From Podarcis gaigeae (taxonomy: Eukaryota), in assembly GCA_964106915.2 (NCBI GenBank), contig OZ066914.1: 64,000 nt of DNA, one strand, 5' to 3'. Below are positions 13,276-26,255 of the stretch, piece by piece (position 1 is the first letter of the stretch; every line of letters begins with the position of its first letter). The notes beneath the pieces were generated by a model. That model was not told the DNA's origin. It saw only the letters and a list, made by a program, of their open reading frames with translations, and ran no database searches. A program made the position numbers and the translations under genes.

Positions 13276-16261
13276 TATTTCTTTTCATTAGACTTGAGCA
13301 TTCTCTGGACAATCTTCATTTTACCCTTGTCATTTTTCTTTCTTCAGTATTTAGTGTCACTGAATTTAGAAATAAGATGTACCTGAGAAAACATTCACAG
13401 CTGATATTCACACACTATGAATGTGTGTGTGTGTGTTTCACACATTCTGTACTATCAGACACATGTTCCTGTTTGCAGTGGCTCTATAGCAACCTGCTTA
13501 GAAACAGAAAACAGCCACCAATAACACTCCTTCTCAGCAGAGAGGTGCCGTATTGTTGAAGTCAAGCCAACTGAAAGATCCCAGCATTTAGTACTGCAAG
13601 CATCTGGTGAGTTCTAATTACTATTTTAGCAAATCAATGGACTGAAGAGTTTTAGGTTTGCCTCCCCCTTGCTGGTTTAGTTGGTAGATGGCTTCAATTT
13701 ACTTGGTAGATTTGGGTATATATTTGGTGCTATTTGTGTTACTGTAATAGAGAAGCATTAAAAATAATATTTATTTCCAATGGATGGTAACTTAGTAAGT
13801 TCTACTGAATTCAATAGAACAGGTAATGTGCGCATAAGATAGCAGCCTTACACTTGAATAAACAAATTGTTTATTGTTGTAAGTTGTTTTAAATAGTTCT
13901 TAATGTGTTTTACGCTGCTTTGCACCTTGTGACCTTAGGATGAAGGGCAGGTAATAAAGAAATAAGAAAAAAACTACCTCACACTTTCTTCAGTATGTAC
14001 AAAGATTATATGCTATAACTTTTGGAATATGCTAATTGATTTACATGTAATATACTGTAATCAATTAATAGCAAGAAAGCAGGTGTAAATTTTATTTAGT
14101 TGGTTGACAGGCCTAGTTAGAATAAAATAGAAGTGAGGCACAGATAATATAGGTCTTGATTATGCCTGAATTAGCATGTCAGCAGTATACAGTTTCCAGA
14201 TGATTTGATGTCTTAATGATTGCACAGTTGCTACATATTTTCTCAAGGGAGTCCTTCTGTTAGAGGTGAGCCCTGTCTCCCAGCCCTCAAACCTCTTTTG
14301 TTTTTGTTTTTCCTCCTGGGAAATGCTAAAACAGTTAACCAACAAAATAATAAGCACATGATGAGCACTCTGAAAAACACCCATCTCCTTTTTAATGCTG
14401 ACACCCATAATCAAGTCAGATTGTATCAATCTCTGAAGTGCTATAAAATCTTTTTGTCAGCGTGCTTAATAAATGCCTGGCATTTACTGTCACGTTGCAA
14501 ATCTTACCTTGACAGCCGCAGAGTAAGTTCTCTCTTCACATGCCATTTCTCTGTATGATCATTCCCTTGCTGCAAGAAGGCAGTGATTATGAAGCACAAG
14601 AGAACACAGAGCAGATCAAAATATTTCCCCACCATAATTTTGCATGACTTAAATGGAACGACTTTTTCTAAACCTATTTCAACTATGGAAGCATTACCTG
14701 AGGTGCCTTCTGAATCATGAGGTACTTTGGGAGCACAACCTATATAACCTATTCCTATGTTTCTGGTTAGGTTATGGAGTACACAAAGGGAAGCAGGGCA
14801 AATGTTTCTCTTGGCTATAACCTGTATTTGATTGCCTTATTAATAGATTTGATTTGTCTAATTCCCATACGAACCTCTAATGTGATATGCAGAGATGTGG
14901 GAAGTGTTTCTGGAAAAACAGGCACATTGCAACTGACAACGGCAAACTGACCATGCAGGTTGCAAAATCCTACCTACACCAATAACCGAGTTGTCCCACC
15001 AGCAATGTAGATGGTTGAGGATCATCTTGAGTAGAACCCCTGTGTTAGGTGGCTAACCCCCTTTCTGGAGACCTGACCTGGCTCCCAAGCAAATCTTCCT
15101 CCCTCTGCCCAACTCCACTGATTTTGGCAACAGCAGCAAAAAGGATACATAGTGCTGTTCTGGACAAAAAGATTTAAACTTCTCCACCAAGCTCAGAGAA
15201 TTTATTTACAAACAGAGACCTATGCAAAAACGCACAACCATTGTTGTTGTTGTTTGGTCCAAACTGTGTGGACCAACTGTACTAACTACTTACTGTACTT
15301 ACTACTTACTACTTCCATGCTACATTGGTGTTTTTTCTGTATTACATAAAAAGTTGCTGTATTTCATCAAAAATTCACAATACAAACCTATGCATGTCTA
15401 TTCAGAAGCAAGCACCCCTGGGATATATTGCCATATGAGCATGTCTACAATTGCAGCTTTATTTATACTGAAGTAGTGTGTATTTTCCACACATTTTCTT
15501 GCACTTGAACTGAATTAATAATCACATAGAGATTTATTATTAATAATAATAATTATTGAATTCATATACCGCCCTATACCCAGAGGTCTCAGGGCGGTTC
15601 ACAGAATAAAAACCAAAAAGTCTACCAGTAGACTTTCATCTACCTTCTTCCCTTCTTCTCCCTTGTGATTCCAGGAATTGCACATTCAAACATAATCTTA
15701 AATGCTGTATTTAGCGGGGAATCCTAAAACCTTAAAAAAGAGCACAGGATTGCAACTGACAAACAGTGGTATTGTTCTGCAGGATGGTGGCTAGGAAATG
15801 GAGCTGGGGCTCTTTAAAATGTAAGACCATACAAATGTAGACACCAAATAGGGATTATCAAGTTATCGTTGTTGATGCTGCTGCTGTTATTTTGGACAGT
15901 GCTGCTACTTCTATAGCAATGTCAGTTTTGCTCACTACCTTCAAATCCCAAGCAGAACTCAGCCATTCCTCACAATTGTGCTTTTGTAAAAAGTTGGTCC
16001 AGATAAAGAATTTAATTCCTTACCAGTAGTTAGTACCGTACTTTCAAATCTATTCCCATTCAATGTCAGACGTTAGGGCCTGATTCATAACTGTTGCAGA
16101 TGACATTCAGGAGAGCTCTCCAAAGCTATGAGCTTGAGCAGTGGCAGCAATTACTGTTATGTCATGGTGACATGTTTTCCTCCTTCAGAATACTTAACGT
16201 GCCTTATGGGGTGGTTGCTTTTTTCCCTTTTCTTTTTCGGTAGTGAAATACTTTGAAAGGA

Positions 16262-16428
16262 ATGGATGGCTGCACCTGGTTCTCTTTGCCGTACCACAGC
16301 CATTGCTGTGCAATCCTAGCACCAGCTAAACCTTTGCATAGCAGCTTCACAGCTAATCCCAGTTCCACCTGCACTGGTGCCATTTCTGCACATGCTGCCT
16401 GTGTTGTTAGACCGCTCATCACAACAAG
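16262..16428 (+). CDS. C11orf16: C11orf16 orthologue, first coding exon (MDGCTWFSLPYHSHCC...VRPLITTR)
   Basis: Acceptor at 16242-16243, ATG 16262, AG|gtaat donor; phase 2 joins the next exon in frame. Peptide is weakly conserved. Confidence 0.7.
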
Positions 16429-16743
16429 GTAATAACAAGTGTGTATGGGGGTGGGCAGACTAAAGTTGAAGAGTTCAAAAAAAGAGCTGCATTTTGAAAT
16501 GCCAGCTCTCATACACAAATTCCATTCCAGTGTTCAGTTATAGATGTTGCATTGTAAATACATCTCTGGATTTTTCAAGTGGGGTGAGGGGTATTGTTGA
16601 TGCCAAAACAGGGGTACGGAAGAATAATACTCCTGAGGTAAAACTTTTGCATCTGCATCAAGGTTCTAGTTGTTGTAGATGAAGTAGCTTTCCTTGTCAT
16701 GTGTAGATAAAACAAGCATTAACACTTTCTCTGTTATTTGAAG

Positions 16744-16906
16744 GTGTTTACATTTCGGCCACTGCCTCCATTTTCCTCCTCTTAGAACATGTGAGGCAGT
16801 AAAAAACTTGGAGCGATCCTTGGACACTGTTGGCATTCCTGTTTTGGCAAGAAGAGAACCTGATGGTTATTATTATCCTGGCACAATAATAAAAGCTATT
16901 ATAGAG
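16744..16906 (+). CDS. C11orf16: C11orf16 coding exon (CLHFGHC...VLARREPDGYYYPGTIIKAIIE), ends at a GC donor
   Basis: VLARRE.DG.YY motif of C11orf16; aag|G acceptor; GAG|gcaagt donor gives phase 0. Confidence 0.85.
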
Positions 16907-18552
16907 GCAAGTTGCTATATGATTTTTTTCTGGCATGTGTAGATGGGACATTAATAATTCACACCAGAATCTTTATGGATTCTGCTAAAGGCATCAGATT
17001 CTGGGTGTATGTCAATCACAACTGCTGCATTCAATGGAAGTTGGTGTCTGCCTCATTTTGATGGAGAAAAAAACTCTTTAATATTAGTGGCATCCTTCCC
17101 TCCTTTTACCTGCTGAATAATTGGGAATTCTGATGGATCATGAGGACCACTCTCTAGCCATTTATTGCACAGAGTTGCTACAATCTGTATTTGAAAATTG
17201 TGACACATTACCACCAAGCTTTCAGCCCCATTTGACAACAACTTTCCCATATTTTCAGAAATTTCTAGATTTCATTTGACTTGTCTGAGGTCCATCTTGC
17301 ATGAGACCTACTGCTGCCAAGGTCACAACTACACCATACATTTACAGTACATGCTGTTCCCCTCAAAGAATCCTGGGAAATGTAGTTTACCCCTCACAAT
17401 TTACAATTCCCAGCATCCTTAACAAACTACCAGTGCCAAAATTCTTAGTTTAGGGAAAGCTATGTGGTTGAAATGTGTGGTGTGGCTGTGACCCAAGTCT
17501 CTGTCCAACTTATTGGCACAGGTTATCTTGTGTGTGTGTGTGGTTTTTTTTAACCTTCCTGCCAAGTGTATCTGGAGATTTTTGCTGTTTGGGGACAATA
17601 TCCCATCCGTTGTTATGAGTAAACGAATGGACATTATACTTGCTGGAAATGTCTTAGCGTGTTAATATATATAAACTTGACACTTTTTGTCCTCTGTACA
17701 CAGGAAAAACAACCTTCAATTCATTAGCTGTTAGCACTTGAAACTTTAAAAAAAATATGTTGTGCTGTTTTTGAAGTGTAAGAAAAAGGCAAGGCTGTTT
17801 ATCAAAGTTTCTGGAAGACTGACAAATTTGAAATGCCTGGTATTCAGCATGTAGTGGGAGTGACTGGCAATAATATATTTTTTTTTGTAGTGTTTGATTC
17901 CTTTCATTACACAACATGGTGGCCACTTATGCATTACTTTAAAAAAAGAGGATTTTTTAATTAAAAGGACAAAATGTGATTAGCATAAAAATTCCATATG
18001 CTTATTTATGCAGATGAGGAAATACTGGGAAGAATTCAACATTGTACTATGTTGATAATACTAACAGGACAAGCTTGCCAGACAGAACAATCCCCCTCTC
18101 CTCCCTCCTCATGCTATTCTAGGGGTGCTCTCTAACACCCCCCCCCCCCGAGTCAATTTGGGGAGCACAGGCAGAACACAGGTGAAAGAGATGAGGGAAA
18201 GCCCCATTGTACAAATCTAAGTCACTGTGCAGGCTTCCACCGATGGGACTCATTAACTGTATGCCATCAGACGAATGTAACGTAAAAATAAATTCCATAT
18301 ATCTCACCGTAGTGGGGGAAACTGCGACCTATGTGCCAGCTCAGTCTTTGGTCCAGGTCCTATCTGTTGATGGCCAACTTCAAGGCTCCAGTTCTTCCTT
18401 CTAATGGTTCTTTAATCTTTAAACCAAACTTAGACCAAAGGACACTTTTAAGTAGAGGCTGCCTGTCCTTTGATAAGTCCTTCAATTAGAGGACTGCTCT
18501 CTGTAACATAGGAAATGCGGCCAACCCAACACACACAGATATGCCCACTGCA

Positions 18553-18661
18553 TGGGCATAGCCAGTATTTTTGTTAGGGTGGAGAACCTCAGTTAGCTAT
18601 GTATTTTTACTGATTGGGGGGGGGAGCTGCCCCTCCCTGTACCCCCTTGGCTACGCCCATA
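18553..18661. mobile_element. Degenerate hAT-like MITE
   Basis: Imperfect TIR tgggcatagcca...tggctacgccca. Confidence 0.45.
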
Positions 18662-18769
18662 GTCTTCTGTAATGCTCCTCTCTGGAAATTAATAGGGGAT
18701 CCATTGTAGGCAGGTAAACCCCACATCCATTTTGCAATTCCTAAAGTTGTTACCAACGGTTGGAACACA

Positions 18770-18946
18770 GGAAGCTGCCTTATACCAGATTAGACTACAG
18801 TATTGTTCATTTAGCCCAATACTCTTTACTCTTGGCTGGCAGTAGCTGCCTAAGGTCTCATTCAGAGGTCTTCCATACCATCTATTAGCTAATTCTTTTA
18901 AACTGGATTTCTGCCTGCAAAGTGCATCCTCTTCCACTGAGCTATA
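18770..18946 (-). mobile_element. Degenerate tRNA-derived squamate SINE (related copies ~26060-26180 and ~49826-49995)
   Basis: Shared ggaagctgccttatac...ccactgagctat pattern across the three loci. Confidence 0.55.
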
Positions 18947-19320
18947 TCTGTTTAGCATTTTATTATGAACTTGCCCTTTGAGAATACAGTTTTTCCAGGC
19001 ATGGCAGCTGAACAGCAGCATGTTTTCTACTTTAAGTTAACAGCAAAAGGTGTGTTTTTTTTTGTATAGAATTATTTTCTACAGCTTTAAATTGTTTTTC
19101 TTGTTATCTTGCCACCCTGATCAACTTTTTAAAAACCATGCATGAAAAGACACAAGCTTAACATTTTCCTCCAACATCAAAAACTTTGTACTAACATGGC
19201 CAGCATCCTGCATTTCCCGCCCTCCATTTCTTAAGCTATCATAGATGTGACGGCTAATTATTTCATGACTAAAGCTTGTTAGTTTTTCATTTTAATTCCC
19301 CATCTTGTTTCTGGCACCAG

Positions 19321-19546
19321 GGTGAGAAAAGAACCTTTCTTGTACAGTTTGCCAAGTCATTTGGACTGAGTGAGGACACAACATGCGTGCAAGAAACAGC
19401 CAGCAGTGACATGTTTGAGTGTGTGAATGGAATGAGGCATTCCATACTGCCAGGTGATAAAGTGCTGGCACCCTGGGAGCCACAGCAAAAAAGATATGGC
19501 CCTGGCACTACCATCCAAGGCATGGAAACCAGGGATCCCTTGAGAG
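19321..19546 (+). CDS. C11orf16: C11orf16 coding exon (GEKRTFLVQF...PGDKVLAPWEPQQKRYGPGT...RDPLR), DUF4537 Tudor-like region
   Basis: PGDKVLA.WEP.Q..YGPGT motif; cag|GGT acceptor, AG|gtaaaa donor in phase 1. Confidence 0.92.
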
Positions 19547-19826
19547 GTAAAACCCAGTTTGCTTGTTTTTTAATATGAGCCAGTAGCTGAACTAGCTTTT
19601 TGTGTGTATATGTATAATATAGCCCTGAACATAGGAAGTGCAGTATGCTCCTGTGGTTTTCATTTACTCTTCGTATTTCATTTACTATTAAATTATGCAT
19701 ATGGTGGAAAAACACTGCTTATGTCAAAGCTCTGGTGAATATTTTTTTTAAAACCCTCAAACAGGTATTTAATTATTATGCATACTTTCTAGACTGGAAT
19801 ATAAAGACCACCCTTTTGTGGCTACA

Positions 19827-19890
19827 TAATCAGATTGATTTAAACTGACAAACTATTCTTAATCAGATTGATTTAAACTGACAAACTATT
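19827..19890. repeat. 33-bp tandem duplication
   Basis: taatcagattgatttaaactgacaaactatt occurs twice head to tail. Confidence 0.9.
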
Positions 19891-20116
19891 ATTAGCATTA
19901 GCTGTGCTCCTTTGGGCAGAAGGGCAGAATCAATTTTTTAAAATATAGATATTTTATTTAGACAATTAAGCATTTATATACATGTAAAAGATCACATACA
20001 GAAACATACAATAAAAACACCACAGCCCCAGTCCCTTCCTTAAAATTAGGATAGAAATTTAATAAATTGAGGAGAGTGATGGTTTTCCGCAGTTTATATT
20101 TTTCTCTTCAAAACAG

Positions 20117-20782
20117 GGAAAGAAGATGAAGAAATTATAGTCAGCTTCTGGAATGGCAAGAAAGCCAAAGTCCCATTGGGTGTAGCCCTGTGGATTTCCC
20201 CAGTGCAGTGGGAGAGGATTGTGGAGATGATCCGGATGCCCCTTACCAGCAGGAAAGCATCTGAAGGGCAACTCCAAAGACCTGGTCACTACAGTGGCTC
20301 ATGTAGGGCTATAACAGACTCCATGCATGGATGCGCTGTAGGTGGCCTCTGCCGGCTCCAGAGGCCATGTTGCTCTTTCATCTCCCCCTGCTCCAGGTGC
20401 TTTCAACACACATGCTCATTCCTTGGACATCCACAGTACGCTTCCTGCTGCTGCCCTAAATACAGTGGCTGCTGGTGGCCACCCTCTTTAACTGAACCAC
20501 CCCAGAGAAACGTTGAAGAAGAGTTCAGCAGTAAACCATTACTGGCAGTGGAAGGGCCTCCAAAGGAAGAAGCAGCCACTGTTGTGTCCAGCTCTTCTTC
20601 TTCTTCATGCTCCTCCGGTTCCAGAAATGGTACAGAAACAGGTTTGACCAAGACCACAATGGTAGATCATGCAGTGAACACGGATTCTAGTCTTTTTGAA
20701 AAGCCCAAGCTGCAAGAAACCAGGAGACCTTGTTGGAAATACTGGAAGAGAAGCCATCCCAGCTCTCGTCATAACAGCCACG
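20117..20782 (+). CDS. C11orf16: C11orf16 large coding exon (KEDEEIIVSFWNGKKAKVPLG...poly-Ser...MVDHAVNTD...WKYWKRS)
   Basis: FWNGK.AKVPLG, SSSSSSSC, AVNTD and W.YWKR motifs; phase 1/1 splice sites. Confidence 0.92.
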
Positions 20783-21256
20783 GTACACAATATTTCATTT
20801 GAATGAGCTTCAAAGTGGAAGGTAGAGGAGTGCCAAAACCTACCTGGCATTATCATATTGGTTGAGGTGAACAGCTATACTGAGACTGATTTTTCTGCTA
20901 ATGGTATCACAGCTACTAACATACTTGGGGATTTCTGGTTTGTTAACTGTGTATTTGTTGGTGTGTGTGTGTGGAGATGAAAAGCACTTGAGGGTTTTTT
21001 ATTTTTACAATCAAGTGGTGTATAAATTTTATGAAATAATTTGCATGAAGTAGTAATATATATCGAGTCAAATCGTGAGCCAACCCCCCCCCCCCCCGTT
21101 GTCTCCAATTGCCTTAACAGAAGAGAGGGATGTTGAAATAATAAATCATGAGGGGGGGAAACCCCCAAAACACTCGGTTCCCTATTTCATACCTTGTTTG
21201 ATTATTTTGTCTTCGTCTAACTACTCACAAATTAAGTGTTATACTATCATGTATAG

Positions 21257-21468
21257 GAACCAATTATACTTTGGACAGCACCTGCAGAAAGGAAAGATCT
21301 GAAACCAAAGCAGTTCCTTATATGGATCCGTCCCCAACTGCACTGATCAACCACAGTGCCATGTTTGAAACTATTGAACAGTCTCCTCGAAGGCAACTTA
21401 CTGTGAAGGAAGTCTTGGGTCACAAAGATGTCAAACCATCCTCAGGAGGAGATCAAGGAACACAGTAA
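21257..21468 (+). CDS. C11orf16: C11orf16 last coding exon (TNYTLDSTCRK...GGDQGTQ*)
   Basis: tag|GA phase-1 acceptor continues the frame to TAA; total CDS 1434 bp (477 aa); AATAAA at 21590. Confidence 0.75.
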
Positions 21469-21765
21469 AAAAGAAAAGAAAAAACTACCCTCTACTGAAA
21501 GCATATGCTTGTTTTTAATTCTTCTTTTTTGTGGGTCCACAAGAATATATTAAGATATTTAGGATAATGATGTTGGATCATTAGCATCTAATAAATTATA
21601 TATATGGTAATTTCCCCAGGAAATTAACAAGTGTTCTCTTGTTTCAACACTGGATGGGCCCTAGAGGAGATCAGTGCATCTAACCAAAGTACAACAGAAA
21701 ATTCAAATATATTTTGAAGTAACTGTTTTTGGACTTTTGGGACCAGACAGGTTAGCAAAAAGGAA

Positions 21766-21890
21766 GTTGTTGTTGTTGTTGTTGCTGTTTAGTTGTTTAG
21801 TTGTGTCCGACTCTTTGTGACCCCATGAACCAGAGCATGCCAGGCACTCCTGTCTTCCACTGCCTCCCGCAGTTTGGGCAAACTCATGTT
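21766..21890 (-). mobile_element. Bov-B/RTE LINE 3' end with (CAA)n tail (shorter copy ~27965-28008)
   Basis: (gtt)n followed by tagttgtgtccgactctttgtgaccccatg...ccactgcctcccgcagtttg, the typical Bov-B 3' terminus. Confidence 0.8.
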
Positions 21891-22361
21891 TTCCAAATGA
21901 TAAATATGCTCTGTTAGCAGCAAAGCATTTTAGTTTAGGATTCAACCACCAATATCTGTGACTGACTAAATGGTGCACTCTGCGGTTACCTGGAACTACG
22001 TAACTAAATAAGACTCCCCTTTCTATTCTGTTGATTTTATTTCAATAGCCTCTGCCATTATATTAGCAGTTCATTCAGAAAGGCAAATGACAAAGAATTT
22101 AAAGTCTTTTCAAAAACATTTGCACTTTTAAATTTATTGTTTACAGGGCATTGCATAGTATAAAAGTGAAAATACACATGATTCAAGTTAGGGGAAATGT
22201 GAACAAAGTTTCACACTATAATATACAGACAGCATAAAACCTGAGATCGTATTTAATTATATAGGGTAAATAGCCTGAGAAAATTTTATTTAAAAAGTGA
22301 CACTTGAAAGACACCAAAATCTATTTCATTTGTTACCTTGATGAAACAGAAAGACTATCTG

Positions 22362-22490
22362 TCATAAATCAAAGGTCAAATTTACGCTTTCTCCTGACCG
22401 AACATCTACCAGATGTGTTTGTTTGACTGTGTTGTCATACGAAGAGGCAGAGACTGTGTAGGTGCCAGGAGAAACTTCAATGTAGATATC
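22362..22490 (-). CDS. AKIP1: AKIP1 last coding exon (DIYIEVSPGTYTVSASSYDNTVKQTHLVDVRSGESVNLTFDL*)
   Basis: Matches the AKIP1 C-terminus D.YIEV.PGTY.V...THxV.V.SG.SV.L.F; cag acceptor; TGA at 22364-22362. Confidence 0.93.
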   Translation of the reverse strand, partial: DIYIEVSPGTYTVSASSYDNTVKQTHLVDVRSGESVNLTFDL

Positions 22491-23312
22491 CTGAATATAA
22501 AATATACATGTCAAGATTTTTCAAATCAAAACCCCATTCATGTTCTTATGCTAAATAGCTCCAACTACTAAAATAAATGTTTAACTATTTGGACAAAAAA
22601 TCTCTCATCAAATTTCTTAACCACAGCATATGAACGCAAAGATGCAAAACTCAACTTGTCCTAGAAGACAACTGACAAGACCAAGAACACTGGTGGTGAG
22701 AGAGGAAGAGAGTGGCAGCTCTGAGATGCTTAGACAACATTTGGCACCCTTGCCCTTGTGGTAACACAAAGGGATGCCATCCCCTTGGCTGACTGGTGAA
22801 GTGGGTTGCTCAATGAAGTGTTGTCACTTTAGGTGAGAGCTATGGGTGAGGCTGAATGTGAAAAGACACCTCTGGGTGAGAGCCAGGGGTATCTGGAGAG
22901 CAGCTGTCCAGGTCAGAGCATGACTGGTGGTTGGAGGGAGAGGATCCCAAGATTAAGTCTGGTGAATTGTATGGTTGGGTGGGATATTTGGTGTCTGGAT
23001 AACTGTAAGGACATCCTCCTCTTGTAAGATGTGCTGCTGGTAGTGTGAGATTTATATTTTCACATACTGCATAACCAGAGGGTGACTTATTGATTGGTTG
23101 TGTTTGGAAGTTTCCAAGGCACTTTGTGGACAAAATTGCCCGCCTTCAAGACTTAGGACACCACAGTAACATGTCTGAGTGATGTGCCTGACATACCATC
23201 TAGTCAGCTTTTGTGGATCAGCTTGAGCTTGAGAATGTGGGCTAAAGTAAAGTTTAGCTGGCCAAGTGCCCCCTTGACCTTTGTCCATCATTGCTTCCTT
23301 TGAGATAGCCAG

Positions 23313-23314
<2 letters not shown>

Positions 23315-23352
<38 letters not shown>
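23315..23352. repeat. (GT)n microsatellite
   Basis: Read directly from the sequence. Confidence 0.95.
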
Positions 23353-23356
<4 letters not shown>

Positions 23357-23997
23357 GTGAGTCCAGGATGTGATAAATGTAGGGCTACCATGCCCTAAAC
23401 AATTTTGGTCCAGACAGAACACCTTCTCCCATAAAGACCTGCATGGTTACTATGATCTAATAAAGTCTTCCTGGTTGTGTCACAGCCTGCTGAGGTCCAT
23501 CTTGCAGCAAAAAGGGGGAGGGCTTTTTCTGTTATGGTGCCCACCCTTTGGAACAGGATCCTCCCTACTGTACTTGGGTTTCCAGAACCTGCAAAAAATA
23601 CATATGTTCTCCCAGACCTTTGCAGCTCATTAATACCAGATTGCTGTGTTTGTCCCATAAGACTCCTGTGGCTATTGCTCTAAACGACTAAACAACCACC
23701 ACCTTTTTTTAAATGTAGGACAATATAAAGAAGTTTTAAATAAATATAATTATAAAATCCAATTACTGTAGCTAACAAAGAATTTTGATTATGTTCAGGA
23801 GCATGTCGGCTGGTGGAGCTGGGAGGGAACGTCACCATGGAGTGTGTTTGTGGTTTCCTCCATGTAAAAACCAATAGCATTTATTTCATTCCAGAAGCAC
23901 TACGCATTCTAATTCATCAATTGAATGCCTGTGCACCCTACACAGATAAAAACAAAGCCCACAAAAGCCTTAAAATGTTAAGTGAACTTATACTTGC

Positions 23998-24093
23998 TTT
24001 TATTTTATGTTCAGCATTCTCTGCTGGAATTAAAGCAGCTGTATCTGTATCAGGACAACCAGGTTCTTCCACTATTGGGACATTTTTACTTTC
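23998..24093 (-). CDS. AKIP1: AKIP1 coding exon (ESKNVPIVEEPGCPDTDTAALIPAENAEHKIK), GC donor
   Basis: ctctctctag acceptor; AAA|gcaagt donor is the only phase-0 exit found; PAEN...K|DIYIE resembles mammalian PAENISKDLYIE. Confidence 0.65.
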
Positions 24094-24672
24094 CTAGAGA
24101 GAGCAGATATAGTTTATGGAATCTCAAGCTGGATGTGACCAAGTTCAGCCTATCCACCAGCCTCAAGCAAACAGACCTAATCCAAATCAGCACAAAGCAA
24201 GTACCAAGAAGGTGCCTGTAGCAGCTTTAGAGGCATATATGGGGGGGGAGGCAGGGGGCAGACTGGGAGCCACACCGCGGGGGGCGGCACTTACTGCGGG
24301 GCCTGCAGAGTGCCTGAGCCACGCGTCTCTCCTGGGAAGAATAATTCTGGAAGGATAGGATAATACAGTAGGAAGATGTCTACAGGAGGAGATGTCCAAA
24401 ATAACAAAATGCCCCTTAAGGCAATGTTGGAAAATTCTTCCAAATAAATTACAAATTTATGTGTCATTTAGAAGATTAGCAGAGGCTTGGTTGAAGCGGC
24501 ATCAAGAGACTCCTTTGAGTAAGTTGACCCTTGGACAACATATATTTGCTTAAAATAGGGATGGCTAACCTGTGGCCCTCCAGGTGTAATTTGGGGGTTG
24601 GGGGCCCCATTCCTAGCTTAAAAGGTTTAGCCATTCCTAGCTTAAAAGGAGAATTATGTTCAGTACACTCAC

Positions 24673-24786
24673 CTCATTTTCAAATGCCTTTAGCAAGTTT
24701 TCAGATGACTCCCTGCTATGGTATCTGAATATATGTGCAACTTCGTACTCTTTGAACTGAAATGGTGGTACGCAACAGTAATAGTT
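24673..24786 (-). CDS. AKIP1: AKIP1 coding exon (NYYCCVPPFQFKEYEVAHIFRYHSRESSENLLKAFENE)
   Basis: YY..VP....H.YRYH-like motif; ccag acceptor, GAG|gtgagt donor, 114 bp, phase 0/0. Confidence 0.9.
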
Positions 24787-24979
24787 CTGGAATAGAGTTG
24801 AAGAAGAAAATATTAATTACTAAACCAAGAAGTGTGTGTGGTGCTAAAATAATGAAATGTCTTGATGTGGGCCTGCCCCATGAAGATGTGAATAACAATT
24901 CCCTCGTCTCTGCTGCCACCAGAAGGACAAATGTGAAAGGACTTTGTCAGACAGAAATGCCTGTGTTTGGTACTGTAAA

Positions 24980-25115
24980 TCAGGGGTTAGGAACCTGTGG
25001 CCTTCCAGATGTTGCTGGATTACAACTGCCACCATGCTTGACTATTGGCCATGCTGGCCAGGACTGATGGGAGTTGAAGTCCAAAAACATCCAAAGGGTC
25101 ACAGCGTTCCTATCT
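24980..25115. mobile_element. Short palindromic non-autonomous DNA transposon (related copies ~49640-49805, ~53175-53480, ~61808-61944)
   Basis: Shared core ccagatgttg...caact(c)ccat...ggccatgctgg...gatgggagttg...caacatct, with inverted ends. Confidence 0.55.
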
Positions 25116-26255
25116 CTGCTATAAATAAGATGACCAACTCCTCCCCCCGCATTCTGCTCCATGTGGTTGGATCCCTTTCCTGACAATGGGAAATTGGGAT
25201 GTCTCTGGATTCATATTTGGCCCACACTAATCGCTGCCCTCAGAGCAAGCGCTTGGAAATGTTGGGGTAATTAAATCAGTGTAGAAATTGGTACTGCGAA
25301 GTCAGAAGAAGCCCGCATCCCCAAGAAATGTCAAAATGAAAGCCCTGCCAATAACCCCACAAAAGTTACTAGCCTGCAAAGAAACTTAATAGCCTGTTTC
25401 TCCATGGAGGCAGGAAATGCCAGATATGCAGGCTTCAGCTCTCAGCAGGATAGTAAGAAAAAGCTTGCCTCTTCTGTCAAGCTGGCCAGTGCGGGGGCAG
25501 ATTGCTCCATTCCTCTTCCGCTAGCCCACTGTGGTCCCATGCCGACTAGGGAGAAAGTGTCTTTCCTCTTTCTACAGCTATCACATTAGCTATACAGGCT
25601 ATCAAAGGAGGAACAGGCTGATCTTGCATGGACTTTCTAGCTGTAAGAGCCTTGTTAAATACAAGGCTGAAATATAATATGTCTGAATGTTGGCTTGAAA
25701 GTGTGTGGTCAACACCTGGTGAAATTTCTGAAGTCTCAGGGAAGATGGAGGGCTGGCTAGGTAGGGTTCAATACTAAGCATGGCTCCTTACCCCTCCTCT
25801 TTCGTGTTAGACATGATAAATGATTTGTGGGAGGGGGGAAATCCTGCACATTTCCACCCTGCCAAAGGGATCTCTGAGGAAGCTGACAAAGATACTCATG
25901 GAACAGAATCCAGACTTGCTTGATGGCGATTTTGTTTTCCTTCAGCCCATTGAGTTTTGATAATTCAACACAGTATAAACTGGTATTTCCTAAAATGCAG
26001 TTGCAATATAGCCTTAATATGGCTTGCTGGTAGAACTCACGCTTTGCACGCACAAGGTGTCAGATTCAATATCCGGGCCTGGAGAGACCCCTGCCTAAAT
26101 CCCTGGAGAGCCACTGCCAGTGGGTGAAGACAGTACTGAGCTACATCGACCAATGTTATGTAAGGCAGCTTCCTACGTCCCTAATAGTTGTCACTCAAGC
26201 TTCTGTACTGACTCCCAGCACAGCAGTCATTGCTTCCATCTCAAGAACCATTTAC

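Noticed and set aside
25900-26000. Possible extra AKIP1 exon (GNTSLYC...KENKIAIK)
   Set aside because: Its phase does not fit the flanking phase-0 exons and there is no good donor.
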